Shown here: one piece after another, positions 9,779 to 18,254 of the stretch
Numbering within the stretch: the first letter of the stretch is position 1
Layout: every line of letters starts with the position of its first letter
From: an uncultured Gammaproteobacteria bacterium
GTDB taxonomy: Bacteria > Patescibacteriota > Microgenomatia > UBA1406 > HO2-37-13b
Direction: 5' to 3'
DNA length: 64,000 nt
Assembly (NCBI GenBank): GCA_964556475.1
Contig: CAZKVU010000002.1
Location: 12,271-76,270 of the forward strand
The notes under the pieces: generated by a model
Database searches by the model: none
What the model was told of the DNA's origin: nothing
Seen by the model: only the letters and a program-made list of their open reading frames with translations
Position numbers and translations under genes: made by a program

Positions 9779-10840
9779 ATGAAGACTGTTGGAATAGGCG
9801 ATCCGAACATTTACGAAACAGTAATAATGACTCTAAAAAAGGGGGGGCTTGTTGTGGTTCCATCAGATACAGTGTATGGTTTGTCTGTTGATGCAACAAA
9901 TCCAAAAGCGGTGAAGAAATTAATAACTTTTAAGTCCCGTGTTCCTGGCAAAGCGATTTCCGTATTCATCGGGTCTTTACAAAGGGCTAAAGATTATGTA
10001 GAAGTAAGCAGTCACCAACAACAATTACTTGAATCTATATTACCAGGTGCATATACAATTGTTTTGCCGTCAAAGCATAAAGTTGCAAAGGAGATTGAAG
10101 CTGAAAATGGAACTCTTGGAATCCGAATTCCTGATTTTGAGTTTAATAACAAACTTGTCGGGTTGTATGATAAGCCTGTTACAGCAACATCTGCGAATCA
10201 GGCCGGCAGATCACCGCATTCATCGGTTCGATCGCTTCTTAATGCTACCCCGGCACACAAAAAGAAACTCATTGATCTTATTGTTGATGGAGGTACATTA
10301 CCAAGAAGGAAACCGTCGACAGTCATTGATTTTACAACGGAAAATTTTGATGTTTTACGAGTAGGAGATGTTGGTCTCCCCTTAACAGGTGGAAAGAAAT
10401 TCAACTCGCATTCAGAAGATGAAACGCGAAAAATTGCTCAATCACTCTTGAAAAACAATTTTTCATACCTAGCAACTAAACCACTTGTGTTTATGCTGTA
10501 TGGAGACTTGGGCGCAGGTAAGACTGTATTTGTTAAAGGTCTTGGCGATGCTCTTGGAATAACAAATATTATCTCACCGACATTTGTTATTACATACGAT
10601 TATGACGCAAAAATTCCAGAAACTGATGTTCTGCATCATTTTGATTTATACCGCATTCAAGAGGCAGAAGAATTTAGCCATCTTGGCCTTGAAGAAATAC
10701 TGAAACCACGACGAGTAATTGCTATTGAATGGAGTGAAAAAAGCAAGGAAATATTGCCTGAGCTTCAAAAAAAAGCACATGTTATTCATGTTTCAATTGA
10801 ACACGTACATTCCTCAGAAAGAAAATTAACTATTTATTAA
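9779..10840 (+). CDS. Fusion protein: TsaC/Sua5 (YrdC domain, L-threonylcarbamoyladenylate synthase) N-terminal half plus TsaE (YjeE P-loop) C-terminal half
   Basis: N-terminal half has VVVPSDTVYGLSVDATNPKAV and TATSANQAGRSP (YrdC-like). The C-terminal half, from about aa 207, has MLYGDLGAGKTVFVKGL...SPTFVI...HFDLYRI (TsaE-like). It lies directly upstream of tsaD. Confidence 0.75.
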   Translation: MKTVGIGDPNIYETVIMTLKKGGLVVVPSDTVYGLSVDATNPKAVKKLITFKSRVPGKAISVFIGSLQRAKDYVEVSSHQQQLLESILPGAYTIVLPSKHKVAKEIEAENGTLGIRIPDFEFNNKLVGLYDKPVTATSANQAGRSPHSSVRSLLNATPAHKKKLIDLIVDGGTLPRRKPSTVIDFTTENFDVLRVGDVGLPLTGGKKFNSHSEDETRKIAQSLLKNNFSYLATKPLVFMLYGDLGAGKTVFVKGLGDALGITNIISPTFVITYDYDAKIPETDVLHHFDLYRIQEAEEFSHLGLEEILKPRRVIAIEWSEKSKEILPELQKKAHVIHVSIEHVHSSERKLTIY

Positions 10841-10856
10841 CTTAATCAAAACGCTC

Positions 10857-11885
10857 ATGATACTAGCCATAGATACTTCATGCGATGAAACCTCGGTTGC
10901 AGTCACCGATGGAAGAAAAACACTCTCAAATGAGATGTATTCTCAGGTGCTTGAGCATAAAAAGTGGGGTGGAGTTTTGCCGCTACTTGCTAAACGAGCG
11001 CATGAGGAACGAATTGATGAGGTTTTGGAAAGGGCACTCAAGAAGGCACGAGTGACGATGGATGAAATAGATGCAATCGCTGTTACATTCGGACCGGGAT
11101 TAGCAATTGCTTTAGGGGTGGGGATTGATAAAGCAAAAGATTTGTCGAGCAAGTACATGAAAAAATTAATAGCAGTGAATCATATGGAAGGTCATATATA
11201 TTCCTGCTTTGTTCAAAATAGTAAAGGCAAGCCGAGTTTTCCTATTGAATTTCCATATCTCGCTGTTTTGATTTCAGGCAGTCATACTGAGCTTGTTATT
11301 TTCAAAGACCATTTAATATATGAAGTGATTGGTGAGACGCTCGATGACGCTGCTGGTGAAGCGCTCGATAAAGGTGCCCGAATGATTATGAATGAGCATT
11401 TTTATCCTGGAGGGCCTGTAATAGAAAAACTTGCGCTTGGTGGGAGCAAAGATGCGTTTCGCTTCCCACGTCCTATGAAGAATTCCAAGGATCTCAATTT
11501 CTCATATTCAGGATTGAAAACGTCGTTGCTGTATCTTTTACGAGATATGAGCGATGAAGAACGTGTTAAACGAATGCCTGATTTAGCAGCCTCATTCCAG
11601 GAAGCAGTATTTCAGAGTATTTTCATAAAGTTAGAGAAAGCGATGGATCAGTATGGGCTAAATCGGGTTATTGTTGGCGGGGGTGTATCAGCAAACGATT
11701 ATTTAAGAAAGACGATGAGAGAGTTAGTTGCTCAAAGAGGTGGAACTGTTCTCTTTCCACCTGAAAAAAAATTAAATGGAGATAACGCTGCTATGATTGG
11801 TGTAGCAGCTCACTTCAGAATGGAACAGGGTTTTTTTGTAGAAAATGAAGAAGATTTGAAAAGAGAGGCTCGAGCACACTTGTAA
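10857..11885 (+). CDS. tsaD: tRNA N6-adenosine threonylcarbamoyltransferase TsaD
   Basis: ILAIDTSCDETSVAV, the HMEGH metal motif, and 342 aa. Confidence 0.9.
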   Translation: MILAIDTSCDETSVAVTDGRKTLSNEMYSQVLEHKKWGGVLPLLAKRAHEERIDEVLERALKKARVTMDEIDAIAVTFGPGLAIALGVGIDKAKDLSSKYMKKLIAVNHMEGHIYSCFVQNSKGKPSFPIEFPYLAVLISGSHTELVIFKDHLIYEVIGETLDDAAGEALDKGARMIMNEHFYPGGPVIEKLALGGSKDAFRFPRPMKNSKDLNFSYSGLKTSLLYLLRDMSDEERVKRMPDLAASFQEAVFQSIFIKLEKAMDQYGLNRVIVGGGVSANDYLRKTMRELVAQRGGTVLFPPEKKLNGDNAAMIGVAAHFRMEQGFFVENEEDLKREARAHL

Positions 11886-11893
11886 GCCTTTAA

Positions 11894-12082
11894 CTAATTT
11901 TGCGAGGGCTCAGGTGGAGGTGGAGCTTCGGGCATTTTAATTCTATAATCAACGTCTCCTATAGGATTACCATCCTTATCGAGTACTTCTCCAGGACCTT
12001 TTCCTTTTTCCCACACGTTTCCATCTGGGTCAATTTTTATTTCATCTGGTTTTGGAGGTTGTTCTGGTGATGAGCCTACCAT
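11894..12082 (-). CDS. Small Pro/Gly/Asp-rich hypothetical protein (62 aa)
   Basis: ORF only. Supported by an extended -10 TGATAAAAT (rc of 12089-12097) 6 nt upstream of its ATG. Confidence 0.35.
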   Translation of the reverse strand: MVGSSPEQPPKPDEIKIDPDGNVWEKGKGPGEVLDKDGNPIGDVDYRIKMPEAPPPPEPSQN

Positions 12083-12109
12083 AACGTGATTTTATCAACA
12101 ACATGCGAT

Positions 12110-12364
12110 CTATTCAACATGTAAAATAATTTCATTCGTGCTACTTCGAGGACACGAAGGATCATTCGGCCCGACACATCCAATATCTTGGCCTTGCATT
12201 TCATCGATCATTATTTGTAATGCAACATTGCAGACGCCACCACAGCTAACAGTTGTTAATGATAGAGCTCCTATCTCAACAAATCTTCTTACATGTGTTG
12301 GTAGTTTGTCAGATGCAATGAACTGAACACAACTGAAAGATAATCCTGATTCTGTATATGCCAT
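12110..12364 (-). CDS. Small cysteine-containing protein, possibly a BFD-like [2Fe-2S]-binding domain
   Basis: 84 aa. The segments SC..(28)..SCGGVC..IMIDEMQ resemble the Bfd pattern CxC...CxxC...VMEDEL. The first CxC is degenerate and two further Cys lie in the C-terminal tail. Confidence 0.35.
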   Translation of the reverse strand: MAYTESGLSFSCVQFIASDKLPTHVRRFVEIGALSLTTVSCGGVCNVALQIMIDEMQGQDIGCVGPNDPSCPRSSTNEIILHVE

Positions 12365-12388
12365 TATGTTTTTAAAATATATAAGAAG

Positions 12389-12461
12389 TGGCGGGGGAGA
12401 GAATCGAACTCTCGACCTGTCGCTTATGAGACGACCGCTCTAACCACTGAGCTACCCAGCC
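12389..12461 (-). tRNA. tRNA-Met (anticodon CAU; elongator-type or possibly a lysidine-modified Ile2 type)
   Basis: Hand-folded cloverleaf: acceptor GGCUGGG/CCCCGCC (U4-C69 mismatch), D arm GCUC/GAGC, anticodon stem GUCGU/GCGAC, loop CUCAUAA, T arm GAGAG-UUCGAUU-CUCUC. CCA is not encoded. Confidence 0.85.
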
Positions 12462-12677
12462 TGTACTTCAATTTTACGCGGTAGCTGACACGTCAACTGA
12501 CTGAGCTACCCAGCCTGTACTTCAATTTTACGCGGTAGCTGACACGTCAACTGACTGAGCTACCCAGCCTGTACTTCAATTTCACGCGGTAGCTGACACG
12601 TCAACTGACTGAGCTACCCAGCCTGTACTTCAATTTCACGCGGTAGCTGACACGTCAACTGACTGAGCTACCCAGCC
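12462..12677. repeat. 54-bp tandem repeat x4. Each unit ends with a copy of the first 16 nt of tRNA-Met (minus strand GGCUGGGUAGCUCAGU).
   Basis: Exact 54-bp period: the CCCAGCC motif ends at 12461, 12515, 12569, 12623 and 12677. One variable position: TAAAAT in the two units nearest the tRNA, TGAAAT in the two distal units. Confidence 0.95.
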
Positions 12678-12709
12678 ATTGGATCTCAGGTCGAAATCCT
12701 GCAGCCGTG

Positions 12710-12783
12710 TCGGGGTGGCGGGACTCGAACCCACGACCTCACGGTCCCAAACCGCGCACTCTAGCCATCTGAGCTACACCCCG
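12710..12783 (-). tRNA. tRNA-Pro (anticodon UGG)
   Basis: Hand-folded: acceptor CGGGGUG/CACCCCG, D arm GCUC/GAGU, anticodon stem CGCGG/CCGUG, loop UUUGGGA, T arm GUGGG-UUCGAGU-CCCGC. CCA is not encoded. Confidence 0.9.
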
Positions 12784-12801
12784 TGATTAAATCACCCGAT
12801 T

Positions 12802-12810
12802 ATTTTATCA
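12802..12810 (-). promoter_or_regulatory. Extended -10 (TGATAAAAT) 18 nt upstream of the mature tRNA-Pro 5' end
   Basis: Reverse complement of 12802-12810 reads TGATAAAAT. Confidence 0.45.
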
Positions 12811-12838
12811 TATTGGGAGTTATAGTATTGCAGTAATG

Positions 12839-12844
12839 TATAAT
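12839..12844 (+). promoter_or_regulatory. -10 element TATAAT, 7 nt upstream of the sugar transferase ATG
   Basis: TATAAT at 12839-12844, ATG at 12852, no SD. Confidence 0.45.
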
Positions 12845-12851
12845 TACATGT

Positions 12852-13502
12852 ATGAAGGGCGATTTCTATTTGAAGTATGTCAAACGAGGACTCGATATTG
12901 TGGGTTCAACAATTTTGCTCATTTTGTTTTCCCCAATTTGCCTCATTTCTACTATTTTTATTAAACTTGATTCAGAAGGTCCAATATTTGCAGATGTACC
13001 TGAACGCGTGGGAAAAAATGGCGGGAAATTTACCATGTACAAATTCCGATCAATGGTGGAGAACGCGCACCAATTACTTCGAACTGATAAAAATTTGAAA
13101 GGCCTTTATGAAGAATATAAAAATGGCAGTTACAAATTGAAAAGAGATCCCCGCATTACTCGCATTGGTGGCTTTTTAAGAAAGCACTCGATTGATGAAG
13201 TACCTCAATTTATTAATGTGCTTAAAGGAGATATGAGCATTGTTGGGCCGCGTGCATACTATCCTGACGAACTTATAGAACAGCAAAATAAATATCCGGA
13301 GACAAAAGATCTTGTGAAAGTTGTATTATCAGTTAAGCCGGGCATAACAGGCTTATGGCAAGTATCGGGTCGCTCAGATGTCAACTTTGACAAAAGAGTT
13401 GCAATTGATGCTCAATATGTGGAGAATATATCACTATGGACAGATTTAATGATAATTCTGAAAACACCATGGACAATGATAACGGGCAAAGGGGCGGTTT
13501 AG
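12852..13502 (+). CDS. Priming sugar-phosphate transferase (bacterial sugar transferase family, WbaP/EpsL-like C-terminal domain)
   Basis: One N-terminal TM, then KFRSM, DEVPQFINVLKGDMSIVGPR and GITGLWQVSGRS motifs. Confidence 0.85.
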   Translation: MKGDFYLKYVKRGLDIVGSTILLILFSPICLISTIFIKLDSEGPIFADVPERVGKNGGKFTMYKFRSMVENAHQLLRTDKNLKGLYEEYKNGSYKLKRDPRITRIGGFLRKHSIDEVPQFINVLKGDMSIVGPRAYYPDELIEQQNKYPETKDLVKVVLSVKPGITGLWQVSGRSDVNFDKRVAIDAQYVENISLWTDLMIILKTPWTMITGKGAV

Positions 13503-15511
13503 GAGGCATTAATCCTATTGTCGATAAGCTCCAGACTGACGGTTCGTCATCTGATAGTGTTGGATCGAATGATACAGATATGTTAGGTCTACTTAAAGAT
13601 AAAAAAAGACATAGGCGTAAAAAAATACACATACCACGCAAGAAATTCCTCGTTGGGCTTCTGGTAGTATTTTTACTGCTTGGATTATTTGGTTACTTCG
13701 GTGTATACCTCCCGTATACAAGAATCAGAGCACAAGGCCAAAAAGTATTACAGGCGGGGAGGGAAGCAAAGGAAGCATTTAAGCAAAATGACATAGATCT
13801 CGTTGAAAAGAAATTTAATAATGTCGAGACGCAATTCGAAGCCTTCAAGAAGGAAGCAAAATCAGTGTACTGGATGAGGTTTATTCCAATTGCCGGATGG
13901 TATGTTTCTGATTTTAAGAATGGTGTCGAGGGAGGAGATCACCTTATTAGCGCAGCGCAAAAGTCTATTGTTGCTATTAAGCCACATGCCGATCTCATTG
14001 GTTTTAAAAAGGGTGAAGATTCCTCTTTCTCAAGCAAATCAGCAGAAGAACGACTACAAACTGCTGTTCTGACTTTGGATAAAATTACTGAAGATGTCGA
14101 TGATATTGCAAAAGATGTTGATGCAGCACGAGACAGCATTGATAAAATTAATGTAAACCATTATCCAGGTAAGATTGGCAATAAAGATGTTAAAGCAAAA
14201 GTAAAACTTTATAAAGATCAATTCGATGGGATAGCAGCACTTTTTGTCGATGCAAAACCATTTATTAAATCTCTCCCAGACATATTAGGCGCACATGAGG
14301 AAAAAACATATCTTGTTCTCTTTATGAATGACAAGGAATTAAGAGCGACAGGTGGGTTCTTAACAGCATTTGCTGTGTTTAAAGTAGACCAAGGTAAATT
14401 CAAGGTTGAACGATCAGAAGATATATATACGCTTGATAATTCAATCAAAAATCACCCAGTAGCACCCAGACCTATTGCTTTATATCATAAAGGTGTTTCA
14501 AAGTTTCAGATTCGCGACAGCAATTTATCCCCTGATTTCGTTGAATCAAATAAGCTCTTTGACGAGCTATATCAGGATAGCAGTGAAAAGGTTGACTATG
14601 ATGGCGTAATTGCAGTTGATACACATGTATTAGTCGATGCGCTTGAAATCCTTGGAGACACACAGGTGAGGGGACTTAATTTTTCATCAAGAACTGACAA
14701 GCGCTGTGACTGCCCCCAGGTAATCTATACTTTGTTGGATGAAATTGATCGACCTGTTGCCTATCTAAAGGCCGACAGAAAGGGAATCCTTGGAGATTTA
14801 CTCTTGTCTCTTATGCAAAAGGCGCTTGGCGTTTCTCCTTCGCAGTATTGGGGCAGACTTTCGCAAATGTATATGACAGATTCACAGGACAAGCATATTC
14901 TGATGCAGATGAAGGATAAAGAGATTCAGAAATCGCTCGAGGCTTTGAACTTCGCAGGTAGAATTAAACAAACACCGGAAGGGAAGGATTATCTACATAT
15001 TAATGATGTGAATTTCGCAGGGGCAAAATCAAATTTATACGTTCAACACGCAGTAACGTCAAATACCGTAATAGCTTCAGATGGAACCGTGACCCGCGAG
15101 CTCACAATTCAATATAAGAATCCAAAATCACACTCGAATTGTAATCTGGAGGATGGAGGAGGATTAGGACGGGGGGGTCTGTGCATTAATGCAACGCTTA
15201 GAAACTGGCTTCGTATTTATGTTCCAGAAGGAAGTAAGCTTACTGACTTTAAAGGCTCTGAAAAGAAGGTTCAAACATACGACGAGCTTGGCAAAACTGT
15301 GTATGAGGGTTTTATGACAGTCAAGCCTGAAGGGATAGCAACGGTTAAGGTTTCGTACACATTGCCATTTAAGGTTAAGAATGCAGACGATTATGCACTA
15401 TTAATTCAAAAACAGCCCGGCACTGTTGGTCATGAATATACCGTACAACTCAATGGAAAAGAGCTCAGTAAACTGCCTCTTATAAAAGATCAAGAATTCA
15501 AACTGCAATAA
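13436..15511 (+). CDS. Membrane-anchored extracytoplasmic protein, DUF4012-like
   Basis: Single TM (FLVGLLVVFLLLGLFGYFGVYL) and an ELRATGGF motif that I associate with DUF4012. Such proteins commonly sit beside priming sugar transferases. The start is uncertain because the ORF overlaps the upstream gene by 67 bp. Confidence 0.5.
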   Translation: MDRFNDNSENTMDNDNGQRGGLGGINPIVDKLQTDGSSSDSVGSNDTDMLGLLKDKKRHRRKKIHIPRKKFLVGLLVVFLLLGLFGYFGVYLPYTRIRAQGQKVLQAGREAKEAFKQNDIDLVEKKFNNVETQFEAFKKEAKSVYWMRFIPIAGWYVSDFKNGVEGGDHLISAAQKSIVAIKPHADLIGFKKGEDSSFSSKSAEERLQTAVLTLDKITEDVDDIAKDVDAARDSIDKINVNHYPGKIGNKDVKAKVKLYKDQFDGIAALFVDAKPFIKSLPDILGAHEEKTYLVLFMNDKELRATGGFLTAFAVFKVDQGKFKVERSEDIYTLDNSIKNHPVAPRPIALYHKGVSKFQIRDSNLSPDFVESNKLFDELYQDSSEKVDYDGVIAVDTHVLVDALEILGDTQVRGLNFSSRTDKRCDCPQVIYTLLDEIDRPVAYLKADRKGILGDLLLSLMQKALGVSPSQYWGRLSQMYMTDSQDKHILMQMKDKEIQKSLEALNFAGRIKQTPEGKDYLHINDVNFAGAKSNLYVQHAVTSNTVIASDGTVTRELTIQYKNPKSHSNCNLEDGGGLGRGGLCINATLRNWLRIYVPEGSKLTDFKGSEKKVQTYDELGKTVYEGFMTVKPEGIATVKVSYTLPFKVKNADDYALLIQKQPGTVGHEYTVQLNGKELSKLPLIKDQEFKLQ

Positions 15512-15537
15512 CTGTTGCCATCAAGTAAACTAGGCTT

Positions 15538-16065
15538 GTGACACGAGTGCAAAAGGACGAAGGTCTTATTATCAAAAAAAAGAAACTGCTGAATGGACAA
15601 GTCATGGTGACGATATTCTCCCTTGGATCAGGAAAGCTTGTCTTATCGGCATTTGGCATTAAGAAATTAACAAGTAAGCGCTTATCACATTTCGAGATTG
15701 GGAATTACATCTCATTTAACTATACAAGAAAAGGGGATTACTTAACTTTGGGTGAGACTGAGCTTCAATACGGGCATTCAGATATTAAACGAGACGAGGA
15801 TAAATTGGCAGTATTATATAAGGTCCTGTTTGTATTGAATAAGATTTTGCCTGAGGAGGAGCCGGAAAACAGCATTCTAAGCATAACCCTGCAATTCCTC
15901 CGCGAGATGAATAAAGACAACAAAACCAGAACGAAGTTACTTGATTACTTCTCACAAGTGCTTGTACTCGGAGGTTTTATAGATGAGGAAACACGAAATC
16001 TTGCTACATTTGATCCAATTCACCAGCTAGAGAATATAGTTGGACAGAAAATAGAGTTGAACTAG
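15538..16065 (+). CDS. recO: RecO-like recombination mediator, short form without zinc-finger cysteines
   Basis: GTG start. The N-terminal OB-like segment EGLIIKKKKLLNGQVMVTIFSLGSGKLVLSAFGIKK resembles RecO. It is 175 aa with no Cys. Confidence 0.45.
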   Translation: MTRVQKDEGLIIKKKKLLNGQVMVTIFSLGSGKLVLSAFGIKKLTSKRLSHFEIGNYISFNYTRKGDYLTLGETELQYGHSDIKRDEDKLAVLYKVLFVLNKILPEEEPENSILSITLQFLREMNKDNKTRTKLLDYFSQVLVLGGFIDEETRNLATFDPIHQLENIVGQKIELN

Positions 16066-16068
16066 GAA

Positions 16069-17154
16069 TTATGTTAAATCCTCATGCTCTGTTCCATCAA
16101 GTGATTCAACAAGTGTTTTAATTTTTCCAACTGATGCTTTTTTAGTGACAAGCATAACATCATCGGTATTTACAACGAGTACATCTTCCATATCGATAAC
16201 AACCACCATTTTGTTTTCCTGATAGTTGTAAACAAGCGAGTCAGTACTATCCTGTAACATAACCCTACCATGCGTTACATTATCGGTGCTATTTTTTTGA
16301 AGAGCCTCCTTAAGCGCCTCCCATGCCCCTATATCACTCCAGCCAATATCCTCGACAATTACCCTCGCATATTGTGGATCCATTGGTTCTGAAATAGCAT
16401 GATCAATATGAATCTTCGGGATTTCAGCATAAAGTCGGGCAAATGTTACATCAAAGTCACTTTTATCAAGATGACTTAGAATCTCCTCGATTACTGAATA
16501 AACATCTGGTGCAAATTTTTTAAACATTTCATAGATAAACTGAGGGGTTGATGCAAAGCTTCCAAGATTCCAGCAAAAATGGTCGTCAGAGAAATATTTC
16601 TCAGCAAGTTGTTTATCCGGCCGGTATCGAAATCCTGCAAATTGTTTGAAATCAATGCCATCGATAGTGTCAGTCGAATCTTTTGTTTCTATCCAACCTA
16701 GATTTTCAGAAGCAAATCGTGGCTTATGGCCAAAGTAAATAATTTTTTGCATGTCCTTCCTTAAATATGCCTCAGAGGACTTTAAAATCTGCTTAAACCT
16801 CGCTTTTTCTCGAATAAGATGATCACTCCACAATACAACGACCGGCTCATCAGGAAACTGTTTTGCTAAGTACCCCATCATAAATGCAACAGCAGGTCCG
16901 ACATCTCGTCGTGAAGGTTCACCAATAATATTTTCAGCAGGAATTTCAGGTAGTTGCTTTCTTACGATGTCGGTATATTCCTTACCGGTTGCAATGTAAA
17001 TATCCGCGTATGTGAATTCAGGAAGCAGGCAATCAATTGTAAGTTGTAAAGTAGATTTGTCGTCAATGACTTTTTCAAACTGCTTTGGAGATTTTTTTCG
17101 GGATAATGGCCACAGTCGCGTCCCTACACCTCCTGCAAAAATCACTGCTTTCAT
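16069..17154 (-). CDS. Sugar-1-phosphate nucleotidyltransferase (mannose-1-phosphate guanylyltransferase-like)
   Basis: MKAVIFAGGVGTRLWPLSRKKSPKQF N-terminus. Confidence 0.75.
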   Translation of the reverse strand: MKAVIFAGGVGTRLWPLSRKKSPKQFEKVIDDKSTLQLTIDCLLPEFTYADIYIATGKEYTDIVRKQLPEIPAENIIGEPSRRDVGPAVAFMMGYLAKQFPDEPVVVLWSDHLIREKARFKQILKSSEAYLRKDMQKIIYFGHKPRFASENLGWIETKDSTDTIDGIDFKQFAGFRYRPDKQLAEKYFSDDHFCWNLGSFASTPQFIYEMFKKFAPDVYSVIEEILSHLDKSDFDVTFARLYAEIPKIHIDHAISEPMDPQYARVIVEDIGWSDIGAWEALKEALQKNSTDNVTHGRVMLQDSTDSLVYNYQENKMVVVIDMEDVLVVNTDDVMLVTKKASVGKIKTLVESLDGTEHEDLT

Positions 17155-18254
17155 AGATAATGTTTTATCTGGTTGTAAAAATGATCGATACTAAATTTTT
17201 TGACCTCTGTCTCGCCGTGTTTGGCTGTTAATTCCTGTAAAGTGTATGATACCGACTTAAATATTTCAAGAGCTGCTTTGATTGATGTGGGTGACTGTTC
17301 ATTGAAAAAGAGCCCTGTTAGATCGGGTTTAATTGTGTCACGTGCACCGCCCTTACCGTATGCGATAACAGGGCAGCCGAATAGCTGCGCTTCAAGTGCC
17401 GTATATCCGAAATCTTCCTCCTGAGGCATAATAAGCGCCTGAGCTTCAGAATAAAGTTTGGCAAGATTTTCATCGCTTACATCATGTATAAATTCAATAT
17501 TGTGTCGCGAAATACCTTTCAGCTTATTTTTCTGACTTCCGTCCCCGATAATTTTCAAAGTACCCCCGATCTCATTAAATGTTTGTATTACCAGATCAAT
17601 ACGTTTATACGGTTCTAATCGGGAAACAATGAGAAAGTATGGTTCGCGCTTTCCAGATGAAGACTGAGATGTTGAAAGATTATTTTTGATTTTCTTCCAG
17701 TATTCGTAATCAAATGGAGGGTGAATAACATCAGCATCTCGGTTATAGTACGATTTTATCTTATGCTTAACTGAAGATGATAATGTTAGCAGCACGTCGG
17801 GCCTTTGTGCTGCTATATAGTCCCATTTTTTTAGATGATTCAGATATGGTTTTCCTATTTTCCCCATGAGAGTGCTGGTATAGAGCTTTGAATCGTCTCC
17901 CCAAAGCATTCGAGATGGACTTAATATGTATGAAATATGTTTTGTTTCAGGGCGTGTTATCACTCCTTTTGCAAAAGAACTACTAATCGAAAGAACTACA
18001 TCATAGTGAGAAAAATCAAAGCTTTCGAATGCAAATGGATAAAGCGGGATTGATCGAATGCGATTTTTACGAATAAATGGTGGAAGTTTTTGAATAAATG
18101 ATGTTTTTGGGTGTAGTCTATGGTGCCATCTCAGTGTTTCATCGACATAGGATGTGAACCAATCAACCTCAGGGAATAATGTGTTCACCATTAATAATAA
18201 GCGTTCAGCCCCACCCCATTTATCCATCCAATCATAGACACATGCTATTTTCAT
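17151..18254 (-). CDS. Glycosyltransferase, GT4 family (GT-B fold)
   Basis: C-terminal EDFGYTALEAQLFGCPVIA (EX7E-type) motif and 4-bp overlaps with both neighbours. Confidence 0.8.
   Translation of the reverse strand: MKIACVYDWMDKWGGAERLLLMVNTLFPEVDWFTSYVDETLRWHHRLHPKTSFIQKLPPFIRKNRIRSIPLYPFAFESFDFSHYDVVLSISSSFAKGVITRPETKHISYILSPSRMLWGDDSKLYTSTLMGKIGKPYLNHLKKWDYIAAQRPDVLLTLSSSVKHKIKSYYNRDADVIHPPFDYEYWKKIKNNLSTSQSSSGKREPYFLIVSRLEPYKRIDLVIQTFNEIGGTLKIIGDGSQKNKLKGISRHNIEFIHDVSDENLAKLYSEAQALIMPQEEDFGYTALEAQLFGCPVIAYGKGGARDTIKPDLTGLFFNEQSPTSIKAALEIFKSVSYTLQELTAKHGETEVKKFSIDHFYNQIKHYL

Noticed and set aside
12462-12677. The regularly spaced 54-bp repeats could be mistaken for a CRISPR array.
   Set aside because: The units are contiguous and nearly identical over their full length, with no unique spacers. 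They are derived from the adjacent tRNA 5' end, and no cas genes are present in the window.
12678-12709. The segment between the repeat array and tRNA-Pro contains a T-arm-like CAGGATTTCGACCTG, which might be a tRNA pseudogene fragment.
   Set aside because: Only a 4-bp stem with a loosely T-loop-like sequence is present, and no acceptor, D or anticodon arms can be built around it.
13499-13504. AGGAGG at the sugar-transferase stop looks like an SD for the DUF4012-like gene.
   Set aside because: No ATG, GTG or TTG follows within 5-12 nt in the right frame. The hexamer simply encodes Gly-Gly in the long ORF, and native genes here do not use SD sites.
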